Shown one piece after another: positions 17,762-27,851 of a stretch of DNA of 64,000 nt. The stretch covers positions 129,413 through 193,412 of the forward strand of contig OY781092.1 in NCBI GenBank assembly GCA_963676615.1. Reading direction: 5' to 3'. This DNA is from Candidatus Cloacimonadota bacterium. Lineage in GTDB: Bacteria > Cloacimonadota > Cloacimonadia > G963667145. Positions within the stretch are counted from its first letter, which is position 1. The number at the start of each line of letters is the position of its first letter. Position numbers and translations under genes: made by a program. The notes beneath the pieces were generated by a model that was not told where the DNA came from, searched no databases, and saw only the letters and a program-made list of their open reading frames with translations.

Positions 17762-19066
17762 GTGAAAAGTGAAAAAATCGTGAACTCTCCGCAAAAAATC
17801 GTCTCTATCATCTCTTTCGGCTGCAAAGTCAACAGCTACGAAGCCGCTTGCATCGGCGACGATTTTGCGCAAAAATACAAAGTTATCCCCTATTTTACCG
17901 AAAAAGCGTCGGTTTTTGTGGTGAATAGCTGCACGGTGACTGCAAGAGCAGGCGCCAAGTGTCGCCAGACAATTCGCAAAATTTTGCGGCTAAAGCAGGC
18001 AGACCAACGCATCGTCCTAGTTGTCACGGGTTGCCTTGCTAATTTGGAGGCGGAGCGCATCAGGGCGCTGGGCGATGTGGACTATGTGCTTTCGGACAAA
18101 TCGCAGATTTTCGCCGTCTTACAAAAAAAATCAGCGCCTACTGCATCAGAAAAAAAGCCCGCAAAATATATCGAGCAAACGACCTCGCAAATGTTTGGAA
18201 AAACGCGCGCTTTCGTCAAAATTCAGGACGGCTGCAACTTTTTTTGCGCCTATTGCATAATCCCCTATGCTCGCGGCGTGCCAGTTTTTCGCTCGCCACA
18301 AAAAGTTTTGCAACAGATTGAACTTCTGGTAAAAAACGGCTACAGCGAGATTGTTCTCGGCGGCATCAATATCGGATTATACGCTTGCGACGGCTGGAGT
18401 TTGCAAGATTTGCTTTTTGCTATCGAAAAAATCAAGGGGCTTGATAAAATCAGAATTTCGTCGATTGAGCCGCAACATTTGGCGTCGATTTGGGACTTCA
18501 TCTGCAAAAGCAAAAAACTGGCGCACCATCTGCATATCCCGCTGCAATCGGGCAGTGGCAAGGTCTTGCAAGCGATGGGGCGTCGATATTTGACGCAAGA
18601 TTTTACCGAAATTGTGCAAAGTTTGAAAAAATTGGACTCGCATTTTGCTATCGGATGCGATGTTATTATAGGCTTTCCTGGCGAAAGTGAGCGAGATTTT
18701 TCGAACTGCTACGATTTTATCGCCGCTTTGCCGATAAGCTATTTGCACATCTTCCCCTACTCTTTGCGAGCTGGCACAAAGGCAGCCAAGATGCCTAGTC
18801 ACATTTCAGCGTCTCAGAAAAAAAAGCGAGCGTCGATTTTGTCGGAACTTGCCGAAGAGAAAAAAAAGCAATTTGCCCAAAAACTGCTAGACGACAAAGT
18901 GGTTTTGAGCGCTCAGCTTGAGCAAAAAAAAGGAGATTTCGCTGTGGGTGTAAGTGATTACTATGTCAATGTTTACTTGCAAAATTTGCCCGCAGATGGC
19001 AGGAGGCTAAAAGTTATCGGCAAAGAGCTTTTTCGCGACGGGCTACTCGCCGAAGTTGTTGACTAA
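17762..19066 (+). CDS. mtaB: radical-SAM methylthiotransferase, MiaB/MtaB family
   Basis: N-terminal MTTase domain (ISFGCKVNSYE...VVNSCTVT). Radical-SAM CNFFCAYCIIP. C-terminal TRAM-like region. GTG start. Confidence 0.7.
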   Translation: MKSEKIVNSPQKIVSIISFGCKVNSYEAACIGDDFAQKYKVIPYFTEKASVFVVNSCTVTARAGAKCRQTIRKILRLKQADQRIVLVVTGCLANLEAERIRALGDVDYVLSDKSQIFAVLQKKSAPTASEKKPAKYIEQTTSQMFGKTRAFVKIQDGCNFFCAYCIIPYARGVPVFRSPQKVLQQIELLVKNGYSEIVLGGINIGLYACDGWSLQDLLFAIEKIKGLDKIRISSIEPQHLASIWDFICKSKKLAHHLHIPLQSGSGKVLQAMGRRYLTQDFTEIVQSLKKLDSHFAIGCDVIIGFPGESERDFSNCYDFIAALPISYLHIFPYSLRAGTKAAKMPSHISASQKKKRASILSELAEEKKKQFAQKLLDDKVVLSAQLEQKKGDFAVGVSDYYVNVYLQNLPADGRRLKVIGKELFRDGLLAEVVD

Positions 19067-19086
19067 AATATTGGAATTAGAGACAG

Positions 19087-20451
19087 TTAGTCTATTCGTT
19101 TGTTGAGCTTGTAAAACTTTTTTAGTGAAATTTTAATCGAAGTGTATTTTTTGATTTCGCTCAGGCAGATGAGGTTGTTTTGCGTTTTGACCTTGCATCC
19201 TGTGGAAGAATCGACCTCGAAATTTCCGATGATTTTCAAAACCAAGCTATCTATGTCGAAATTGCTAGCGACCTCGATGCTGTCTTTGTCGGTGATTAGT
19301 TTTACCTGTTTGCGCAAGCTCAGCCACTCGTGGATTTGCGTTTGTGTGGCAAAATAAATTTCTGGTTTCTTCCCAAGTTTGACTAAATTGCCAAGCAGAT
19401 TTGCCGAATAGGGGATGTCGTATAAATCGGAAAATCGGAAGCAAAAACCAGCGATGCCGCCCGTGTGATAGGCGCTGTCGGTGTAGGAAGAGATGGTCGT
19501 TTGCGCGGCTGTTTCGTCCAAATAGCTGTAGTGCCCTTTTTTTAGCTCATCGCTTTTTAGGCAAAGCGCGAAATTTTCACCGTTACTCGGAAAAAGGAAG
19601 CTTTTTGAAGCTTGCAGCTGGTTTGCCTCGAGCGTAATCAGGCGTGGTCCCAATTTTTGCAACTCTTTAGCCACATTTTTCTCTGCGGTGGCAAAATTTT
19701 TGTTGTTTTTGAGCAGATAGTAGGTCAAATTTGGGGTGTCCTCCAAAAGCGGAAAATTCCAGTAAGGCTCGTCGTTTTTGAAATTGAGCTCAAAATACTC
19801 TCTGCAGGCAGCTATTGGGTGAGCAAAAATTCCGCCAAAAATTTTTTTGAGCGCTTTGGGATAGCTTTTCCATTTGTAAAGTTCGTCGATTTCCGCACTC
19901 AAAGAGAGAGCGAATTTCTCGTTGTTCGGCCAAAGCTGTTTTTTTACAAAAAAGGTGTCGTCGCTGGCGCAATCTTGCAGTTTTTCATAAAAATGGCAAA
20001 GAATTGAGTTGCAAATTGGTTTCTTTGAAAAATTTTGATGAAAATTCACAAACTGGAAAATATTGCCTAGCAAATCGAAATTGTAAAAAATGCAGCGGGT
20101 GAATTTGTCTTTTTGCTCCTCCACAGACGGGGCATTTTCGGTCAAAACATACGAGCCACAGAACTCTTTTTTTAGATTTTTGAGTTTTTCGTTGCTCAAT
20201 TTTTTGTAGAGGCTCAAATCGATTGTGACGAAAATGATGTTCGTGCAAGCGCTGAATTTTAGCAGCTCCATAATTTCGCGATTTTTGGGACGCTTTAGAG
20301 AATAGCAAACCAAAATATCTTCCAAATTGAGCTCGGCAAGACCAGAAATTATCTCGTATTGCAAGCCCAAAAAGTCGAAACTAAGGTCGATAATTCCTTG
20401 AATTTGCTTTTTGTAACTCTCTAGTTTTTCGTCAATTATAAACTTTATCAT
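19087..20451 (-). CDS. hypothetical protein; gene conspicuously AT-rich relative to its neighbours
   Basis: 454-aa ORF with no recognisable motif. Lys/Asn/Ile/Phe-rich, with many AAA/TTT/ATT codons compared with flanking genes. Confidence 0.35.
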   Translation of the reverse strand: MIKFIIDEKLESYKKQIQGIIDLSFDFLGLQYEIISGLAELNLEDILVCYSLKRPKNREIMELLKFSACTNIIFVTIDLSLYKKLSNEKLKNLKKEFCGSYVLTENAPSVEEQKDKFTRCIFYNFDLLGNIFQFVNFHQNFSKKPICNSILCHFYEKLQDCASDDTFFVKKQLWPNNEKFALSLSAEIDELYKWKSYPKALKKIFGGIFAHPIAACREYFELNFKNDEPYWNFPLLEDTPNLTYYLLKNNKNFATAEKNVAKELQKLGPRLITLEANQLQASKSFLFPSNGENFALCLKSDELKKGHYSYLDETAAQTTISSYTDSAYHTGGIAGFCFRFSDLYDIPYSANLLGNLVKLGKKPEIYFATQTQIHEWLSLRKQVKLITDKDSIEVASNFDIDSLVLKIIGNFEVDSSTGCKVKTQNNLICLSEIKKYTSIKISLKKFYKLNKRID

Positions 20452-20559
20452 AAAAATCTTGTCGAAGCGTAAAGCCCTCTTTTATCTCCAGTTTTCCGTA
20501 AAAAAACATCCACACTAGCAAAAAAAAAACTCATAGGCTGGCGTCAAGTAAAATTTGTA

Positions 20560-21009
20560 TTGACATTGGCTGGTGCAGTTTTGATGTTGAAATCGAAAAT
20601 GGAGATTATGGGTTTAAATATAGACAATCAGACAGAAGTTAAAGCCGATTTTTTGCCTCTTGCGGCGATTTATGAACGGGCGATAATGGCGAAAATTTTG
20701 CCAGAAGATTACGCCTTGGAGCTTTGTCTTTGTGGCGCGGAGTTTATTAGGCAGCACAACAAGGTTTTTCGGGGACTCGATCAAAAGACGGATGTGCTCT
20801 CTTTTGAGATGAGCTCTAGCAGCGGGAGTTTGCTGATTTGTCTGGAATATTTGCTCTCTCGTAGCGGAAAAGACGGTTTGGCAGAAGATCTGCAGGCTGT
20901 ATTTGCGCACGGAATTTGTCATTTGGGCGGCTGCGACCACTTGACAAAGGAGCAAACGGCACAGATGAAAGCTAAAGAAAATGCGATTTTGCAGGCGGCT
21001 CAAAAATGA
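20560..21009 (+). CDS. ybeY: endoribonuclease YbeY (start uncertain: TTG at 20560; in-frame ATGs at 20584, 20599, 20608)
   Basis: C-terminal HGICHLGGCDH matches the YbeY H..LHL.G.DH metal-binding motif. About 135-149 aa. Confidence 0.75.
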   Translation: MTLAGAVLMLKSKMEIMGLNIDNQTEVKADFLPLAAIYERAIMAKILPEDYALELCLCGAEFIRQHNKVFRGLDQKTDVLSFEMSSSSGSLLICLEYLLSRSGKDGLAEDLQAVFAHGICHLGGCDHLTKEQTAQMKAKENAILQAAQK

Positions 21010-22214
21010 CCAATCTCTACATTTTGTTCGCGCTTTTTTTGCTCTCCAGCTTTTTTTCGGGGGCAGAGGCGTCTTATTTTTCTATCTCAAAAATCGAGCA
21101 GCGGCGGCTTTGGCAGATTTCCAAAAGGGTGCAGCGTCTTTATGCGCACCCAAATCGGCTGCTGGTGGCGATTCTTATTGCAAACACAATCGTGAATGTG
21201 ATGATCGCCTCGATTTCGACAGTTTTTGCTTTGATTTTGGTCGAAAAATACGGACTGCAGCTGGAGCTGACGCTTTTCGTGGAAATTTTTGCTGTTTGGT
21301 TTTTACTGTTGATTTTTGGCGAGATTTTGCCGAAAGTTTTTTGTTATAAGCATTCCAAATTTATGGTCAGAAATTCTGCGATTTTTTTGGAGCCGTTGGT
21401 GTATCTGCTTTTCCCGTTTATTTTTTGCATCGAATTTTTGGGAAAGTTGCTGGCGCGCAACAAAAAAAATAGCGGCGTTACCAAAAAAGAGATAAAAGAT
21501 TTGGTCGATTCTGGTAAGTTGAGCCTGGATTTGAAGCATAAAAAGTTGATAAAAAATATTTTGCGATTTCCCGACACCAAAATTGCGCAAGTGATGGTGC
21601 CGCGCGTGGATATTGTCGCAATCGATGAGAGCCAGCCGTCGCAGGAGGTGATCCAGATTATTGCCAAAAGCGGGTTTTCGCGGATTCCGGTTTATCGAGC
21701 GGAGATTGATAATATCGTCGGTTTTATTTATGCCAAGGACATTATTTTGCTGGAGAAGGAAGCTTTTCGCATTGCAAAATTGATGCGAGAGCCGCTTTTT
21801 GTGACGGAAAATATGCCGATTTCGAATGTGTTGAATTTGTTCAAAACGGGCAGAAAGCATATGGCGGTGGTCGTGAATGAGTATGGTGGAACTTGCGGGA
21901 TTGTGACGATGGAGGATGTGCTGGAGGAGCTGGTGGGCGAGATTGTCGATGAGACCGATAGCGAGGAGCCGATGCTGGTCAAGACCAAACGAGGCTACAA
22001 AATCGATGGCAGCTGCAATCTCTATTTTCTTAATCAGGAATTGGGCTTGAATTTGCCGGCGGACGAGTATGATAATGTGGCTGAGTTTGTTTATGATAAG
22101 CTGAACAAAGTGCCGTCGCAGGGCGATTTTTTGGAAATCGATAGCGAGAAAAAGTTGGTGATAGAAAAAATTAGCAATAACAGAATTAACAGACTGGTTT
22201 TAAAGGAGATATGA
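21006..22214 (+). CDS. CNNM/CorC-HlyC-family transporter (DUF21 membrane domain, CBS pair, CorC_HlyC domain)
   Basis: N-terminal LFLLSSFFSGAEASYFS (DUF21), central CBS region and a C-terminal transporter-associated domain. Classic ybeY-corC neighbourhood. Confidence 0.75.
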   Translation: MTNLYILFALFLLSSFFSGAEASYFSISKIEQRRLWQISKRVQRLYAHPNRLLVAILIANTIVNVMIASISTVFALILVEKYGLQLELTLFVEIFAVWFLLLIFGEILPKVFCYKHSKFMVRNSAIFLEPLVYLLFPFIFCIEFLGKLLARNKKNSGVTKKEIKDLVDSGKLSLDLKHKKLIKNILRFPDTKIAQVMVPRVDIVAIDESQPSQEVIQIIAKSGFSRIPVYRAEIDNIVGFIYAKDIILLEKEAFRIAKLMREPLFVTENMPISNVLNLFKTGRKHMAVVVNEYGGTCGIVTMEDVLEELVGEIVDETDSEEPMLVKTKRGYKIDGSCNLYFLNQELGLNLPADEYDNVAEFVYDKLNKVPSQGDFLEIDSEKKLVIEKISNNRINRLVLKEI

Positions 22215-23611
22215 TGAAAATTTTTGATACAATGGCGAAAAAAAAGCGGGTGTTTATTCCCAAAGAAAAGGGCAAGGTGAAGCTGTATGTTTGCGGTCCG
22301 ACGGTTTACAACTATTTTCACATCGGCAACGCGCGTCCTTTCGTTTTTTTTGATGTTGTGCGAAGATTTTTCCTTTATCGGGACTACGAGGTGACTTTTG
22401 TGCAAAATTTGACCGACATTGACGATAAAATAATCGCTCAGGCGCAAAAAGAGGGCGTGGATATTTCGCAGATTAACCAAAAATATATTCAGGCTTTTTT
22501 TGACGATACGAAGGCGCTGAACATTATGCCTGCCGATGAGAATCCTAAGGCGACGGAGTATATTTCGCAGATGATAAAGTTTTTGCAGGAGCTGCAGGAG
22601 AAGGGCTATGCCTACGAATCTGGCGGCGATCTTTATTTTGAGGTGTCGAAAGTTGCTGATTATGGCAAGCTCTCGGGCAAAAAGCTCGAAGATTTGCGAG
22701 CTGGTGCGAGAGTTGAGGTGAACTCCGCCAAAAAGCATCCAGCCGATTTTACGCTCTGGAAAGCGTCGAAGCCTGGCGAGCCGTCGTGGCAGAGTCCGTG
22801 GGGAGCTGGCAGACCTGGTTGGCATTCGGAATGTGTGGTGATGAGCCGAGATTTGTTGGGCGAAAGTTTTGATATTCACGGCGGCGGCATCGATTTGATT
22901 TTTCCGCATCACGAGAACGAAATCGCCCAAGCCGAAGCGCTTTCGGGCGAGCGTTTTGTCAACTTTTGGATGCACAACGGATTTTTGAATATTCAGGGAC
23001 AGAAAATGTCTAAATCGCTGAACAATTTTTTCACTGCCCGAGACATCCTCAAAAAATACGACGCCGATGTAATTCGCCTGTTTTTTCTGTCCAAACATTA
23101 TCGCACCACCATCGATTTCAACGAAAAAATTATGCACGAGACGAAAGTCGCTTACGAAAATTTTTTGAGCGCTTTGCGTTCGGTGGACTATTCTGCCAAG
23201 CGGCAGGAGATAGATAGCTGCGGGCTTTTGGAAGAGGATGTGGCGACTTTTGTTATCGCCATGGAGGACGATTTCAACACCGCCAAGGCGCTGGCTGTGC
23301 TTTTCGGATTGGCGAAACTGGCCAAAAAGCAGTCGGCTTCGCGCGAAATTCGCTATCAAGCGGCGGCAACGCTGGTGGAGCTAGGCAAAGTTTTGGGATT
23401 TTTTGCTGATTTGGAAAATCAACTTAAATCTGTAGCTTCGGAGAGCAAAATGGACGGAATGGAGCAAAAACTTTTGCAACTTTTGTTGGATTATCGAAAT
23501 TTTGCCAAGAGCGAAAAAAACTGGGCGCTAGCGGACAAAATCAGGGACGATTTGCAAAATTTAGGCTTGAGAGTTGTTGATACAAAAGACGGCTCCAAAA
23601 TCGAGTCGTAG
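22211..23611 (+). CDS. cysS: cysteinyl-tRNA synthetase
   Basis: YVCGPTVYNYFHIGNAR (HIGH motif), KMSKS present, CysRS-type architecture, 466 aa. Confidence 0.9.
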   Translation: MMKIFDTMAKKKRVFIPKEKGKVKLYVCGPTVYNYFHIGNARPFVFFDVVRRFFLYRDYEVTFVQNLTDIDDKIIAQAQKEGVDISQINQKYIQAFFDDTKALNIMPADENPKATEYISQMIKFLQELQEKGYAYESGGDLYFEVSKVADYGKLSGKKLEDLRAGARVEVNSAKKHPADFTLWKASKPGEPSWQSPWGAGRPGWHSECVVMSRDLLGESFDIHGGGIDLIFPHHENEIAQAEALSGERFVNFWMHNGFLNIQGQKMSKSLNNFFTARDILKKYDADVIRLFFLSKHYRTTIDFNEKIMHETKVAYENFLSALRSVDYSAKRQEIDSCGLLEEDVATFVIAMEDDFNTAKALAVLFGLAKLAKKQSASREIRYQAAATLVELGKVLGFFADLENQLKSVASESKMDGMEQKLLQLLLDYRNFAKSEKNWALADKIRDDLQNLGLRVVDTKDGSKIES

Positions 23612-23622
23612 CGCCTTCAGAT

Positions 23623-24624
23623 TTAATCGTAAAAATTTTTTAGGCGAAAATCGGCGCGACTTTTGCCTGTGAAGATTTTTTTGCCAAAAGCGAGCAAAAA
23701 TCCGATTCCGTAGCCAAATAGCTGGGTGTAGCTGGCGATTACGCACAAAAATGGCAGAAAAATTTTTTTGTATTGCAGCGCGGCACTCAGATAGACCAGC
23801 AGGCTATACGCCAAAATCGGCAGCAGGGCAAAGGGGCAAAAAGCGCTTCCGACGAGCATCGCTGCCACAGATAGCGCGAAAGCCGTCGGCAAAAGATGGA
23901 CGATTTTTGTGGTTTTGGGGTGCAACGAGCCCAAGTTAATTCGTGCCGAGCCAGAGTTGAGGACTTGCTTGAAAAATTGCCGCAGATTCGCGCGCCTTTT
24001 GTGATAAACCCACGCTTTGGGGAAAAGTCGGCTGGCGAACCCTTTTTCGCTCAGCTTTAGGCTGAGGTCGATATCTTCGCCAAATCGCAAGTCGCTAAAG
24101 CCGCCGACAGTTTGAAAAGCGCTGGCTTTTATGCCCATATTGAAGCTGCGCGGCTGGAAGTTTTTTTTGCGTTTGCCTCTGATGCCGCCAGTGGTCAAAA
24201 AGCTGGTCATCGCATAGCTAATCGCCTTTTGCGTCGCTGAAAATTTCGGATGTTCTTTGTCTGGTCCGCCAAAAAACTGCACTTTGTGGTTGTTTAGCTC
24301 TTTTTCGATTTCGGACAGCCAGCCAGCGGGCAACAGGCAGTCGGAGTCGGCAAAAAGCAGAAATTCTCCTTTGGCACGGCTGGCTCCGTTGTTTCTAGCC
24401 AGAGCTGGTCCGCTATTTTTTTGTTGATGCCAGTGCAAATTGAGCTTCGGAAAAATTTCGCCCGCTTTTTGCAAAAAATCGATGGTGTCGTCTTGCGAGC
24501 CGTCGTCGATTACGATGACTTCGAATTTTTGCTTGGGAAATTGCAGTGCGTCGGCAAATTCCAAGAACTCCTTAATTTCCTGCGCTCGATTGTATGTCGG
24601 CACAATTATGCTGAACTCGATCAT
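23623..24624 (-). CDS. family-2 glycosyltransferase, membrane-anchored
   Basis: MIEFSIIVPTYNRA...VIVIDDGSQDDT GT2 N-terminus. C-terminal hydrophobic helices. Confidence 0.6.
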   Translation of the reverse strand: MIEFSIIVPTYNRAQEIKEFLEFADALQFPKQKFEVIVIDDGSQDDTIDFLQKAGEIFPKLNLHWHQQKNSGPALARNNGASRAKGEFLLFADSDCLLPAGWLSEIEKELNNHKVQFFGGPDKEHPKFSATQKAISYAMTSFLTTGGIRGKRKKNFQPRSFNMGIKASAFQTVGGFSDLRFGEDIDLSLKLSEKGFASRLFPKAWVYHKRRANLRQFFKQVLNSGSARINLGSLHPKTTKIVHLLPTAFALSVAAMLVGSAFCPFALLPILAYSLLVYLSAALQYKKIFLPFLCVIASYTQLFGYGIGFLLAFGKKIFTGKSRADFRLKNFYD

Positions 24625-25598
24625 CTGTGGCCTGCCCTATATTGTGAAAAATTTGCGGACTCTTTGCTTTTCAAAGTTTCTCCTTCTTGGTAGTAGATTA
24701 AAACTGCGATTTCGTGCTGATCGGCGATTTGGATCGCTTTATCGACAGGCAACAAAAAAAATGCGGTAGCAAGGGCGTCGGCTTTTTGGATGCTTGCGTC
24801 GATTACGCTTACGCTCACGCAGTTTTCGCTTGGATAGCCTGTGTCTGGGTCGATTATGTGATGATACCTTTTTCCGTCTTGAAAGAAAAATCGCTCGTAG
24901 TCGCCAGATGTTACCACGCAAGCGTTTGCCACGAGAAGTGTGTCGATGAGCTGCTCTTTTTTGCGCGGATGAGTAACGCCGATTTTTTGCTCTTCGTCGC
25001 CAAAAATTAGGATGTCGCCGCCAGCGTTAATGTATCCACTTTCGACTCCTTTTTTTTGCAGATAGTCGTAAACTTTTTGCACGATAAAGCCTTTGCCGAC
25101 ACCGCCTAGGTGGATTTTCAGATTTTGTGGCTTGTCTATATAAAGACTATCGTAGCCGATTTTTTGCAGTCCGCAACTTTTTTGCGCGTCTTTTATTTGG
25201 GCAACGGTCGGCACTTTTTGTTGGTTAAAATCCCAAATTTCGATGAGTTCGCCGACAGTTGGGTCGAATTTTTTGTTCGAGAGCCGAAAAATTTCTTGGC
25301 TGAAGTTTAGAAGTTGGTAAAGCTCGGGGAAAATTGGTGCGTGCGATTGCTTGTTTACGAGGCTCAGAGCGCTTTTGGGATCGTTGTAGTTGAGTTTTTT
25401 GCCGAGACTGTCGATGATTAAAAAGCAGGTATCAACGATTGCGTCGATTTGTTGTGGATCGCCCAGAACGCTGATTTCGATGAAAGTTCCCAGCGCGATT
25501 CTTGTTTTGCTGACTTTTTTGGGCGATATGGGGCGTCTATAGATTGCGACAGAGATTAGACTACAAAAAATCAGGAGAAATATTAGTTTTTTTTTCAT
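24621..25598 (-). CDS. apbE: ApbE-family FAD:protein FMN transferase (lipoprotein-like N-terminus)
   Basis: 325 aa. Signal/lipoprotein-like N-terminus. GGVGKGF and surrounding pattern resemble ApbE family proteins. Confidence 0.65.
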   Translation of the reverse strand: MKKKLIFLLIFCSLISVAIYRRPISPKKVSKTRIALGTFIEISVLGDPQQIDAIVDTCFLIIDSLGKKLNYNDPKSALSLVNKQSHAPIFPELYQLLNFSQEIFRLSNKKFDPTVGELIEIWDFNQQKVPTVAQIKDAQKSCGLQKIGYDSLYIDKPQNLKIHLGGVGKGFIVQKVYDYLQKKGVESGYINAGGDILIFGDEEQKIGVTHPRKKEQLIDTLLVANACVVTSGDYERFFFQDGKRYHHIIDPDTGYPSENCVSVSVIDASIQKADALATAFFLLPVDKAIQIADQHEIAVLIYYQEGETLKSKESANFSQYRAGHR

Positions 25599-25841
25599 AT
25601 CTCTTCCTTAAAAAATAGCAGATATTAGTCAAGATTAAAAGGAGATTTTAAAGGGGCTTAAATTGCAATTACACAATAAAATATGAAAATTCTTAAAAAA
25701 TTCTGAAAAATAAAAAATGGCTGTAACTGCTTGAAAAATCAGTGTGTAACGAAAGTTCTAACAAAAAAAAACGCCAAAAAGAAAAAAAAAGGTTTGACAC
25801 ATATACTGTTTGTAATTCTGTTTGATGATAAGAAATAAAAA

Positions 25842-27851
25842 ATGTCACATCGTTTAATATTGGGAATAAAAATGCGAACAAGAAAATTTATACTGTTTTT
25901 ACTTGTTTTTTGGACTTTCGGTCTTTTGCAGGCTCAGTACCCTTTTGAAAGTGGTAGCAATGAGCCGCTTAGTGTCGTAATGTATGCAGACAAGATTGCC
26001 AGGGGCTATGAGGTTCGCCTCGCTTCGACTTTGTCGTCTTATTGTGAGAGAGGAACTTATGAGGTTGATGTAACTGTTAACCTGAAGCCAAGGCAAGCTT
26101 CGAGTGGTCAGCTTGACATTGTGTCTTCCTCTTCTGCAGATTTGTCTGACGGCATAGTGATGCCAGGAACTAACGGCAGGTTCGTGAACGAGTTTATCGA
26201 TGAGTTTGCGAATGAGAGCCAGCCAGCGCAACCGATGATGTCTTACGGCAATCCGCTACAAGGCTCTGTTGGGTCTGGAAATCCAAGCGATTACGAAATT
26301 GAAAATGTTGTAATAAATGTGATGCTCGATGCTTCGGATTACACTCCAGAAGATGTCTCTTTTATAGACGAGTTGGTGAGAATGAAGTCTGGCGTCGATG
26401 TTTATCGTGGAGATGCGGTAAATGTGTCGCTGGTGAAGTTCACCAATCAGAAGCAAAAAATGCTGGAAGAGGCTCAAAAAGCTGAAGAGCTTAAAAAGAA
26501 GCAGGAAGAAGAGGCGAGAAAAGAGGCAGAGGCGGAAGAGGAGAGAAGGAAAAGGGAAGAGGCTGAAAATCAAACGCCGCCAGAAGAAGAGTCGAATTTC
26601 TTGTTTTACTTGATAATCGGATTGATTGGGCTGTTTGTCCTTATTGGACTTATTGTTTCACTGTTCTTTATCTCCAAAAGACACGCTGCGGCAGACGCGA
26701 ATATGGTTCAGCCGAAAGTAAATTTCCCTCGCTATGATGAACAGTTTGATAGCTTGATGCAAGAGATGCGAGAGTTAAAGAAAGTTAATTTGACTCCGAA
26801 GCCAGAGCGAATGGAAATTGCAGAATATAAAAGACTTCGCTCGTTTGCAATCAATAAATTTTTAGCAGAAGGAAAAAATGTTTCTATCGTTTTGCGTGGC
26901 TGGGTTGATAGTGGCGGAGACGAGGGCGTCGATAAGGCGTCTAAGTTGATAAAGGCGATAGATGAGAACTTGCTTGATCTTTTAGAAGAAAATATTGCTC
27001 ATGACGATTTTAAACTTTTGTCGTGGAATGTTCGTAATATGGAAGAGCTTGATACGAAGACGAAGCTAGAAGCTTTGCAAAACTTTAAAAATGCTTGGAG
27101 CTCTTTGACTGTTACCGATGATAGCGACGCTGATTCTGGAATGTTTGGTTTCTTGAATGCAATGTCTGTCGAACAAATACGGCAAGCTCTCAAGGGCGAG
27201 TCCGATGGTGTTCAGGCGTTGGTAATTACGCAAGTGGCTGCCGACAAAGCGTCAGAGATTTTGGCGTCCTACTCTTCGGAGCAACGCTCTGCAATTATGG
27301 GAAATATGGGCAAGCTTGGCAAAATCCCAACTTCTATCTACAAAGAAGTTTCTAGCAGGCTGGCTCGAGAAGCTCTTAAGATGCGTGGAATGGAATATGT
27401 TTCTTCGGATGGTGCTGGCAAAATGCTGGAGATTTTGGACACACTTTCTACAGCACAGCAAGAAGAGTTTATCGACGAAATTTCTAAGGCTGATGTAAAC
27501 ACTGCAGAACAAGTGTTGAAGTATTTCATAACATTTGAGAGTTTGGATGAATTAGAAGACGATATTTTAGTGAAAGCTATGCAAAAAATGGATAGAACGC
27601 TGTTGTCTGCCGCTTTGGTTGGCGTAGATGGTGTGAAATCTGATAGAATATTGTCGAATATTCCAGAAAGAATGCGTGAGATTGTAAAGTCTGAGCTTGC
27701 GGTGAATGAAAATAAACTTAAGCCTGACGATGTCGAAAAAGCTAGGCGAAAGATGATGGCGATTGTTAGAAAGGAAATTAAAGAAGCTGGCGGTCGAAAT
27801 ATTGGGTCGTCTGAATCTTCGGAAGAGGAAGGGGTGAGCGATGAGTATTAA
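25842..27851 (+). CDS. membrane protein: periplasmic FliF-RBM3-like region, one TM helix, cytoplasmic FliG-like domain (FliF-FliG-like fusion)
   Basis: Signal/TM at N-terminus (alternative ATG at 25872). NVVINVMLDAS...FIDELVRMKSGVDVYRGDAVNVSLVKF resembles the conserved FliF C-terminal ring-building motif (...VAVVVD...GFD..RGDSV.V...F). Lys/Glu coiled coil, then TM helix FLFYLIIGLIGLFVLIGLIVSLFF. C-terminus ILSNIPERMREIVKSELAVNENKLKPDDVEKARRKMMAIVRKE aligns with the FliG C-terminal torque-helix region. Confidence 0.55.
   Translation: MSHRLILGIKMRTRKFILFLLVFWTFGLLQAQYPFESGSNEPLSVVMYADKIARGYEVRLASTLSSYCERGTYEVDVTVNLKPRQASSGQLDIVSSSSADLSDGIVMPGTNGRFVNEFIDEFANESQPAQPMMSYGNPLQGSVGSGNPSDYEIENVVINVMLDASDYTPEDVSFIDELVRMKSGVDVYRGDAVNVSLVKFTNQKQKMLEEAQKAEELKKKQEEEARKEAEAEEERRKREEAENQTPPEEESNFLFYLIIGLIGLFVLIGLIVSLFFISKRHAAADANMVQPKVNFPRYDEQFDSLMQEMRELKKVNLTPKPERMEIAEYKRLRSFAINKFLAEGKNVSIVLRGWVDSGGDEGVDKASKLIKAIDENLLDLLEENIAHDDFKLLSWNVRNMEELDTKTKLEALQNFKNAWSSLTVTDDSDADSGMFGFLNAMSVEQIRQALKGESDGVQALVITQVAADKASEILASYSSEQRSAIMGNMGKLGKIPTSIYKEVSSRLAREALKMRGMEYVSSDGAGKMLEILDTLSTAQQEEFIDEISKADVNTAEQVLKYFITFESLDELEDDILVKAMQKMDRTLLSAALVGVDGVKSDRILSNIPERMREIVKSELAVNENKLKPDDVEKARRKMMAIVRKEIKEAGGRNIGSSESSEEEGVSDEY

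Noticed and set aside
25794-25822. TTGACA -35-like hexamer upstream of the FliF/FliG-like gene
   Set aside because: No acceptable -10 hexamer at 16-18 nt spacing. Cannot be supported as a promoter from sequence alone.
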